This document shows, piece by piece, positions 7,908-14,365 of a DNA stretch of 15,775 nucleotides. The notes under the pieces are model-generated. The model was not told the DNA's origin and did not search any database. It saw nothing but the letters and a program-made list of their open reading frames with translations. Each line of letters starts with the position of its first letter. Position 1 is the first letter of the stretch. The position numbers and the translations under genes are program-made. The stretch is from Alteromonadaceae bacterium (GTDB lineage Bacteria > Pseudomonadota > Gammaproteobacteria > Pseudomonadales > Cellvibrionaceae), in contig NVXL01000106.1 in NCBI GenBank assembly GCA_002746115.1, forward strand, positions 1-15,775, read 5' to 3'.

Positions 7908-7942
7908 AACCCCGATTGTTACCAACCGGGGTTCTTAAAAGA
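7908..7942 (-). terminator. Rho-independent terminator, functional orientation minus strand
   Basis: AACCCCG-(12 nt)-CGGGGTT hairpin. On the minus strand the stem is followed by TTTTTTGTGTG. On the plus strand no U-tract follows. Confidence 0.55.
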
Positions 7943-7945
7943 GAT

Positions 7946-7968
7946 TCCGGAAGGCCTTAGCCTTCCTA
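7946..7968. repeat. REP-like palindrome with a GGAAGGCC core (CCGGAAGGCCTTAGCCTTCC)
   Basis: A 7-bp stem GGAAGGC/GCCTTCC. The same core recurs at 8567-8591 and in related form at 8623-8645. Confidence 0.4.
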
Positions 7969-8180
7969 TAGGGAAAGCCGTTTACATTAGTGCATCATTT
8001 TTGCCGAGTGATAAACGCGCTACATACATCCGCCCACTCTCAAGGCCGCTCTCAAACCCACTATCAAACTCAAGAAAGCTAGGTCGCGCTGCATCCGCGC
8101 TCCAACACGTGTTGAAGGTGCTGAATGTGCTTATCGGCTTAAGTTGATGTATGTGTTGAATGTTCACGGCTCTCGTTACT

Positions 8181-8225
8181 CTTAATGTATTGACGCTTAA
8201 TGTATTGACGCTTAATGCGTATATA
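8181..8225. repeat. Tandem 15-nt direct repeat CTTAATGTATTGACG, two full copies and a third diverged copy. Each full unit carries a TTGACG (-35-like) hexamer.
   Basis: Read directly: cttaatgtattgacg cttaatgtattgacg cttaatgcgtatata. Confidence 0.6.
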
Positions 8226-8558
8226 CCTTGAATAGATGTTTTGTTGTGCTTGAAAATCTATTTAAAAGATACGCGATAAAATAGCTTTCTGCAAGTCGAT
8301 ATTTTTGACATTTTTATTAGAATTTTCTCATATATTTCATATAGTTATATACTTTCATTTCTCGGCCTATTTTGCTTAGACCAAGCCGTGCCCTATCGCC
8401 AATTTTCGCAATATTTTGTGCAGGGGTCATCGGAGAAAATTTGACTGTCATTCAAAAAATCTCTACCGGTTAAATTAAGCTAATCATCTATATGATTTTG
8501 TTCTAAGACTCATTCAGTATTTTTTCCTTTATTAGTTTACATTCATATATTTCGAGCG

Positions 8559-8603
8559 AAAAAAAACCCGGAAGGCCTTTGGCCTTCCGGGTTCTCGTTT
8601 ATT
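8559..8603. terminator. Strong bidirectional rho-independent terminator (11-bp GC-rich stem CCCGGAAGGCC/GGCCTTCCGGG, 3-nt loop). It is flanked by an A8 run on one side and TTCTCGTTTATT on the other.
   Basis: A perfect inverted repeat read in the sequence. There is a U-tract on both strands. It shares the GGAAGGCC core with the palindrome at 7946-7968. Confidence 0.7.
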
Positions 8604-8622
8604 AGATGTACTTAAACTGAGG

Positions 8623-8645
8623 CTGGAAGGCTGATTACCTTCCAG
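8623..8645. repeat. Hairpin CTGGAAGG-ctgatta-CCTTCCAG, related to the GGAAGGCC-core palindromes. No U-tract.
   Basis: An 8-bp perfect stem read in the sequence. Confidence 0.4.
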
Positions 8646-8922
8646 AACATTCTTCTAGTCGGCAAGATAAGGACGCGGTTGATCCTCCGATAGGTGACAT
8701 ATCACCCCGGGCGTCCAAATATTAAAACTGCCAAACTTTGAATATAAGTAAATCATTGTAATCTCAATTTTCGTTTGCAGGCATTATAGTAGTGCACACT
8801 GTAAATGCAAGGTAAATCAGTGGTGCCGTGATAGCGGTTTCCCCGGTTGTAGTCCTGCTATACTTTTCAAGGACTGAACCTTCACCCGTTAAATTCACTA
8901 CAACACAATAAAAGACAGCTAA

Positions 8923-9234
8923 GTGAGCACCGAAATAAAAATACTTCTATTATCCTGCCTCAAGCAAACCCCTGAGGTAGTGGCTCGTATTGCACACATA
9001 GATGAAATAAAATTCCAAACCGATCAAAACCTGATTTTTACCATCGCCGGTTTACACCAACTATATTCCCAAACTTACTCCCAAGAGCAACCCTGTACTT
9101 ACGCAGAATTCCGCACCCAACTATACAATGGCACGCTCAACCAAGAGCTGGCCGAACACGGCCTTAAAGTCGACATTCACCACAGCACCCAAAAGGTCGA
9201 TACCAGCTGGTATCGGCTTGGCACGCTCGATTAG
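8923..9234 (+). CDS. Doubtful hypothetical protein (103 aa, Gln/Thr/Leu-rich, no recognisable domain)
   Basis: The only possible start is a GTG immediately after an in-frame TAA. There is no Shine-Dalgarno sequence and no internal Met. Codon usage is not obviously non-coding. It lies between the gene-poor region and the B12 riboswitch and may be spurious. Confidence 0.25.
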   Translation: MSTEIKILLLSCLKQTPEVVARIAHIDEIKFQTDQNLIFTIAGLHQLYSQTYSQEQPCTYAEFRTQLYNGTLNQELAEHGLKVDIHHSTQKVDTSWYRLGTLD

Positions 9235-9294
9235 AACAGTTCCCATAAACCTAGATAGCTGTTACCATCTCGCGCTTCAGGTGCTTTGTTAACA

Positions 9295-9460
9295 CAACAG
9301 AGATAATCGGGAAGTATGGTACCGCTCACACACATGAGTTCATCCCATCGCTGCCCCCGCATCGGTAAAAAGAGTAGTTTGCAATACCACTGGCAATAAA
9401 TAGCTGGGAAGGTGCAAATGTTGGCTATACCCTCTTGGAGCCCGAAGACCGGCCTGATAC
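9295..9460 (+). promoter_or_regulatory. Cobalamin (adenosylcobalamin) riboswitch in the cbtB leader
   Basis: Conserved elements appear in the canonical order. These are AATCGGGAAG...GGT (9305-9320), CATCCCATCGCTGCCCCCGCATCGGTAA (9341-9368), ACCACTGGC (9386-9394), GGGAAGGTGC (9406-9415) and the B12 box GGAGCCCGAAGACCGGCC (about 9437-9455). Compare E. coli btuB AAGCCCGAAGACCTGCC. The element ends about 40 nt before the cbtB Shine-Dalgarno sequence (AAGGAA) and ATG. Confidence 0.8.
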
Positions 9461-9502
9461 ACAACTATGTCAATCATGCACGGTGGGTGCTAAGGAACAA
9501 CT

Positions 9503-9688
9503 ATGAGCTTACAAATTACAACGAATCATCAGCTACACGTCCAATCATCAACACGAGTATTACTGCAAAACCTTTCGGTGCTAGCCTTTGGCGCAGTCAT
9601 CGTATTCGCGGTAGGCTTTCTACCCTTAGCAGAAGCGCACAACTCCGCTCACGATACCCGTCACGCCATGGCCTTCCCCTGCCACTAA
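9503..9688 (+). CDS. cbtB: Cobalt transporter small subunit CbtB
   Basis: The 61-aa product has a single TM helix (VLAFGAVIVFAVGFLPLA) and the characteristic C-terminal His motif HNSAHDTRHAMAFPCH. It lies directly downstream of a B12 riboswitch and upstream of cbtA. The overlapping 112-aa ORF at 9412-9750 is rejected. Confidence 0.8.
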   Translation: MSLQITTNHQLHVQSSTRVLLQNLSVLAFGAVIVFAVGFLPLAEAHNSAHDTRHAMAFPCH

Positions 9689-9811
9689 AGCGCCTCACTA
9701 AAAAGACAAAAACGCCTCTAGTCATTCATCGGCCTAACAACTGCGCATAAACTTTGCGCTATTGGCGATGTTTTTGGTTCTCTGTTTTAACCGAGCAAAG
9801 GTTCGTGCCTT

Positions 9812-10597
9812 ATGATTTTTTACCGGACAATACTATCCGCCTTATGCGTAGGCTTACTAGCAGGCTTAATTTTAAGCGCAACTCAGATGGCTGCAGTAAC
9901 CCCGATTATTATTGAAGCCGAAAGCTTCGAGCAAGAACAAACACCTCTAAGCCAAGCACCACTGAGCCACGGCGCTCATGATCACAGCGGCCATAGTCAT
10001 GGCGACAGCGACGGCCATCATCACAGCCCCGACGCGTGGGCACCGGATGACGGCCTTGAGCGCACTTTATATACCGTCTTCGCCAACGTTCTCGCCAGTA
10101 TCGGCTTTGCTGCGGTATTGCTCGCAATCATGTCCCAGCTCCAACTCCAAGGCTTTACTCGCTTAAGCCCGGTAAAAGGTGTTTTATGGGGAGCCGCGGG
10201 TTTTATTGTGTTTTTTGTGGCGCCAAGTATTGGTTTACCGCCAGAGATTCCCGGCGCAGAAGCTGCACCACTTGGCGAGCGGCAATCATGGTGGACGCTG
10301 TCGGTAGTATGCGTAGGCGCAGGCTTGTTAATAATAGCGTTTACCCCACTAAAATATAAACTTACTGGCCTCATCGCTATCGCCATCCCCTACGTGGTTT
10401 ACATCCCTCGGCACGAGGGGGCAGTATTTACCCATAGTGACCCGGCAGCGGTCGTCTCGCTCACAGAATTACATCATCAATTTATTATCGCCAGTGGCAT
10501 TAGTAATTTAATCTTTTGGCTGGCGCTTGGTTTCATCTCAGCTCTATTTTTAAAGCACTGGGTACACAAAGACATTCCCTTAAATACACGCCCTTAA
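9812..10597 (+). CDS. cbtA: Cobalt transporter subunit CbtA
   Basis: Multi-pass membrane protein with a His-rich loop (HGAHDHSGHSHGDSDGHHHSPD) after the first TM helix. The cbtB-cbtA pairing is typical of riboswitch-controlled loci. Confidence 0.85.
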   Translation: MIFYRTILSALCVGLLAGLILSATQMAAVTPIIIEAESFEQEQTPLSQAPLSHGAHDHSGHSHGDSDGHHHSPDAWAPDDGLERTLYTVFANVLASIGFAAVLLAIMSQLQLQGFTRLSPVKGVLWGAAGFIVFFVAPSIGLPPEIPGAEAAPLGERQSWWTLSVVCVGAGLLIIAFTPLKYKLTGLIAIAIPYVVYIPRHEGAVFTHSDPAAVVSLTELHHQFIIASGISNLIFWLALGFISALFLKHWVHKDIPLNTRP

Positions 10598-10609
10598 ACG
10601 AGGCCCGAG

Positions 10610-12355
10610 ATGGCGCCAACAATCGCTAAATTCCCTTTTACTGCCGTCGCCGGTCAAAGTGATTTTAAATTAGCCCTACTACTCGCCACGGTTAATCCCA
10701 ACATTGGCGGCGTGCTCGTCAGTGGGCCAAGAGGTTCCGCCAAGTCTACTTTAGCGAAGGGCTTAGCGGATATATTGCCTAATAGCACTCTTAATAGTAC
10801 TGAAGCACAGCACCCCTTTGTCACCCTGCCACTTGGCGCCAGTGAGGACATGCTGCTCGGCACTTTGAATCTACAAAAAGTCCTAGATGACAAGACCGTA
10901 GCTTTTCAACCCGGCCTCTTAGCCAAGGCTCATGGCGGTGTGCTCTATGTTGACGAAGTTAACCTGTTATCCGATAACTTAGTCGACTATTTATTAGATG
11001 TCGCCGCCAGCGGCCTTAATATCGTTGAGCGCGATGGCATTAGTCATAGCCATGCATCCGAATTTATTTTACTCGGCACCATGAATCCCGACGAAGGTGA
11101 GCTGCGCCCACAACTACAAGATCGCTTTGGTTTATCAGTGGAATTATCGAATCAATACAGCTTAGATGAGCGCATTAACATTGTGCGTTTACGAGAAGCC
11201 TTTGATTACGACAGCCATGCTTTTTGTGCCTCCTATAGTGATAAGCAAGAAGCTTTACGTCAGACGATTTTAGCCGCGAGAGAAATTTTAGCCCAAGTAA
11301 AATGCCCCGATCATTGCCGACGCAGCATTGCAGAGCGCTGCCATGCGGCTCAAGTTGACGGTTTGCGTGCAGATATTGTTTGGACGCAAGCGGCCATAGC
11401 GAATGCCGCTTTAGCACAGCGTGAATTGGTTAACGAGCAAGACTTACTCGCGGTTGAAGAGCTCGTACTGAGTCATCGCCGTAAGCAAAATGCAAACAAC
11501 AACTCGCAGCCGCCCTCACCGCCCCCGTTTAGCCGACCACCGCAAGCGCCATCTCAGCAACACCCCACTCAAAACAACCAGCCTCAAAAGGATGCCCCAG
11601 CGCAAGGGGATTGGGGCGCGATGGACGCACTTGAGCAGCAAAGCCAAGAGATCACAAATGAGGCCTTAGCGCTTTCAATCGCGGCAAAAACAACACCACT
11701 TAACAACTCACAGCGTAACAATAGCGGCGTAAAAACACTCGGCTTCGTTAAGGGCAAAAGCGCAGCAGGCTCGCAATCCTTGAAGCGCAACAGCCAAAAA
11801 GTCAGCTGGTTTAACTCGTTAATCGTAAACTTAGGCGAATGGCCCTTACGCAAACTGGCTTTTAAACCAGAAAAATCCGGCGCGGCCACGCTTAATTTAA
11901 TTCTGCTCGACACCTCTGGATCCGTACTGGCAAACCACAGCTTTGCCAAAGCCAAAGGCCTCATCATGCAAATTGCTCAGCAGGCGTATCTCAAGCGCGA
12001 GCAAATCAGCATTATTGGTTTTGGTAATCAAAATGTCGACACCTTGCTGGGTCGTCGCCGTGCGCCCAAAACCATTCGGGCATTTTTAGATAATATTACC
12101 GCCGCTGGTGGCACCCCTCTGCAAGAGGCCTTAAACAAGGCCAGAGACTTTCAATATCAACAACTGCGAAAATCACCCGAACTGTCGTTTAATACCTACA
12201 TTGTTACCGATGGCCGGGTAAGACAAACCGGCCAAACCGAAATGTTAACCGGGCAAGTGACCGTCATTGATATTGAGCAAGCGCCGGTTAAACGTGGAAT
12301 CGCTAAAGATTTGGCCGCCGCACTTCAAGCGCACTACTTGCCATTAACCGGTTAA
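10610..12355 (+). CDS. ChlI-ChlD fusion (AAA+ ATPase + Pro/Gln-rich linker + vWA/MIDAS domain), i.e. a chelatase ATPase/vWA subunit. Presumed partner of a CobN-type cobaltochelatase.
   Basis: The N-terminal domain has Walker A GPRGSAKST and Walker B LYVDEVNLL. The central linker is low-complexity (NNNSQPPSPPPFSRPPQAPSQQHPTQNNQPQ plus an acidic stretch). The C-terminal vWA domain has a MIDAS motif (LILLDTSGS). It sits inside the B12 operon. No cobN lies within the window. Confidence 0.85.
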   Translation: MAPTIAKFPFTAVAGQSDFKLALLLATVNPNIGGVLVSGPRGSAKSTLAKGLADILPNSTLNSTEAQHPFVTLPLGASEDMLLGTLNLQKVLDDKTVAFQPGLLAKAHGGVLYVDEVNLLSDNLVDYLLDVAASGLNIVERDGISHSHASEFILLGTMNPDEGELRPQLQDRFGLSVELSNQYSLDERINIVRLREAFDYDSHAFCASYSDKQEALRQTILAAREILAQVKCPDHCRRSIAERCHAAQVDGLRADIVWTQAAIANAALAQRELVNEQDLLAVEELVLSHRRKQNANNNSQPPSPPPFSRPPQAPSQQHPTQNNQPQKDAPAQGDWGAMDALEQQSQEITNEALALSIAAKTTPLNNSQRNNSGVKTLGFVKGKSAAGSQSLKRNSQKVSWFNSLIVNLGEWPLRKLAFKPEKSGAATLNLILLDTSGSVLANHSFAKAKGLIMQIAQQAYLKREQISIIGFGNQNVDTLLGRRRAPKTIRAFLDNITAAGGTPLQEALNKARDFQYQQLRKSPELSFNTYIVTDGRVRQTGQTEMLTGQVTVIDIEQAPVKRGIAKDLAAALQAHYLPLTG

Positions 12356-12374
12356 ACCCAAAGAGAACAGTTCG

Positions 12375-12968
12375 ATGTCTGACAGCACTCATAAAACCCG
12401 CATGGCCAGCAAGAAAGCCGTGATGGATGCAAAAATCGCTAAAGCAACCGAAGAGCGCGGTGTACTTATTTTATTAAAAGGCAACGGCAAGGGTAAAAGC
12501 AGCTCCGCCTTTGGCACCATGGCACGCTCTGTTGGGCATGGTAAACGCTGCGCAGTGATTCAATTTATTAAAGGCCGCACAGAAACCGGCGAGTTTAAGT
12601 TTTTTAAAGATCACCCACAAATTGATTGGCATGTGATGGGTCACGGATTTACTTGGGAGACACAAGATAAAACCCAAGATATCGCCGCCGCCAAAAAAGC
12701 CTGGGCCTTAGCGGAGCGACTTTTACAAGATGACAGTTACGACATGCTGGTATTTGACGAGTTAAGCTACATGTTTAAATATCAATACCTTGATGTTAAC
12801 CCGGTCGTAGAAGCCCTTAAAAATCGCCCTAAAATGCAAAACGTGATGATTACCGGACGCACCATGGCTTTACCGCTCCAAGAAATTGCCGATACCATCT
12901 CGGTGATACAAGACGAGCGCCATGCATTTCGCTTAGGTGTTAAGGCCCAGAAAGGCATTGAATATTAA
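12375..12968 (+). CDS. cobO: Cob(I)yrinic acid a,c-diamide / corrinoid adenosyltransferase (CobO/BtuR/CobA type)
   Basis: P-loop-like GNGKGKSSSAFG is present. Family-typical segments are present: IQFIKG, DWHVMGHGFTWETQ and LVFDELSYM. The 197-aa length is typical. Confidence 0.9.
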   Translation: MSDSTHKTRMASKKAVMDAKIAKATEERGVLILLKGNGKGKSSSAFGTMARSVGHGKRCAVIQFIKGRTETGEFKFFKDHPQIDWHVMGHGFTWETQDKTQDIAAAKKAWALAERLLQDDSYDMLVFDELSYMFKYQYLDVNPVVEALKNRPKMQNVMITGRTMALPLQEIADTISVIQDERHAFRLGVKAQKGIEY

Positions 12969-14365
12969 TGTCCCCTCCCTCTACAACACCGTCTCCTACA
13001 CCACCCCCTACACTGTGCCCCGCGCTTTTCCTGGCAGCGCCCGCATCAGGCCAAGGTAAAACCACGGTCACCGCTGCAATTGCGCGCCTGTTAACACGCC
13101 AAGGTAAAGTTGTGCGTGTTTTTAAAACCGGCCCAGATTATCTAGACCCCCAAATACTCGCACAAGCTTCTGGTCAGCCAGTGGTGCAACTGGATATGTG
13201 GATGGCCGGAGAGCCGTGGTGCCAACAAAAACTTTACGAGGCGGCTTGCACGGCGGATCTTATTTTAATTGAAGGCGCCATGGGTTTATTTGACGGCCAG
13301 CCCTCTAGTGCGGATTTAGCGGCACGCTTTCAAATCCCCGTCGCGATTATTATGGACGTAAAAGGCATGGCACAAACCGCCGCTGCCATCGCCCTTGGTT
13401 TGGCGAATTTTCGGGATGATTTTACCACCGCCGGCTTAATTGCCAATAATTGCGGCTCCGAGCGACATCGACAGTTAATTGAGGAGTCACTGCCTGAGAG
13501 CTTACCTCTGTTAGCCACACTAAAACGCTCAGAAGAAGTCGCACTGCCGGAGCGCCACCTTGGTTTAGTGCAAGCTCAGGAAGTCGCGGATACACTAGAG
13601 CTACGCTTTGAAGCCGCCGCTGATTGGATACAAGAAGCAGGTATATTGCCTTGGTTAAACGCACTAAAACCTGTGCAGTTCCAGCCTGAAGCTATTCGCT
13701 CGCTACCTAAGTTACTGGCAAATAAACGCATTGCCATCGCTCGCGACGAAGCCTTTAGTTTTATCTATGCCTCGAATTTACAATTACTCGAAGCAATGGG
13801 TGCCGAGCTGTGTTTTTTCTCACCGATACATGACTCCGCTATAAATAACACAAGCGGAGCCGAACCTGACGCCCTATGGCTGCCCGGCGGCTACCCAGAA
13901 TTACACGCAAAATTATTGGCTGAGAACACAGCAATGATTCAGCAGATTCAAGCATTTCATCGGCAGAATAAACCCATACTCGCAGAGTGCGGCGGATTTC
14001 TATATTGTTTACAGGACTTATGCGATTTAGACGATAATACCCACAACATGGCCGCACTGATTGACGGCAGCGGCGCTATGCGCGGCAAACGAGGCTGCCA
14101 AGGCATGCAAACGGCACCATTACCAGAGGGGCAAATACGCGGCCACGCTCACCACCGCTCCCGCAGTGAGGGCACGCCGCCGCCCATCGCTCACGGTATT
14201 CGTCAGCGCCACCCGGCACCGGGTGAGGCCATTTATCGTGAAGGGGCTTTAACGGCAAGTTACTTGCACTTATTCTTCCCTTCAAACCCGGAAGCTATTG
14301 CACGACTTTTTTTAGGCCAAACAAAACAAACCGTTAACTTAGAAGCTAAAAAATATGTTAATTGA
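12968..14365 (+). CDS. cobB: Cobyrinic acid a,c-diamide synthase (CobB/CbiA)
   Basis: N-terminal ATP-binding GQGKTTVTAAIARLL. The C-terminal glutamine amidotransferase segment has ECGGFLY (catalytic Cys) and the RGHxxHxS...ASYLHLFF motif region. The start overlaps the cobO stop by 1 nt. There is an unusual Pro-rich 20-aa N-terminal leader. Confidence 0.9.
   Translation: MSPPSTTPSPTPPPTLCPALFLAAPASGQGKTTVTAAIARLLTRQGKVVRVFKTGPDYLDPQILAQASGQPVVQLDMWMAGEPWCQQKLYEAACTADLILIEGAMGLFDGQPSSADLAARFQIPVAIIMDVKGMAQTAAAIALGLANFRDDFTTAGLIANNCGSERHRQLIEESLPESLPLLATLKRSEEVALPERHLGLVQAQEVADTLELRFEAAADWIQEAGILPWLNALKPVQFQPEAIRSLPKLLANKRIAIARDEAFSFIYASNLQLLEAMGAELCFFSPIHDSAINNTSGAEPDALWLPGGYPELHAKLLAENTAMIQQIQAFHRQNKPILAECGGFLYCLQDLCDLDDNTHNMAALIDGSGAMRGKRGCQGMQTAPLPEGQIRGHAHHRSRSEGTPPPIAHGIRQRHPAPGEAIYREGALTASYLHLFFPSNPEAIARLFLGQTKQTVNLEAKKYVN

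Noticed and set aside
7982-8167. 61-aa minus-strand ORF in the gene-poor region
   Set aside because: GTG start, weak ribosome-binding site, no domain features, and it sits within a GC-biased repeat or structure-rich stretch. Probably non-coding.
8800-8895. Possible second cobalamin riboswitch. The segment contains CAGTGGTGCC and a GGTGCC...CCCCGG pattern reminiscent of B12-element pieces.
   Set aside because: The canonical ordered elements are not present here in either orientation. Those elements are GGGAAG...CTGCCCCCGC...GCCACTG...GGGAAGG and the AGCCCGAAGACC B12 box. The resemblance is only to short G/C words. The genuine riboswitch is at 9295-9460.
9271-9315. Sigma-70 promoter for the riboswitch using GATAAT at 9302-9307 as the -10 element
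   Set aside because: No acceptable -35 lies at a 16-18 nt spacing. The implied TSS of about 9314 would fall inside the first conserved riboswitch element (GGGAAG at 9309-9314). The real promoter is probably further upstream and I could not place it.
9412-9750. 112-aa ORF overlapping the riboswitch 3' end and cbtB in another frame. Also the 77-aa minus-strand ORF at 9231-9464 over the riboswitch.
   Set aside because: They overlap a well-supported riboswitch and the CbtB reading frame, which has a clear Shine-Dalgarno sequence, TM helix and His motif. They show no domain signals and have Arg/Ser-rich composition typical of off-frame translation.
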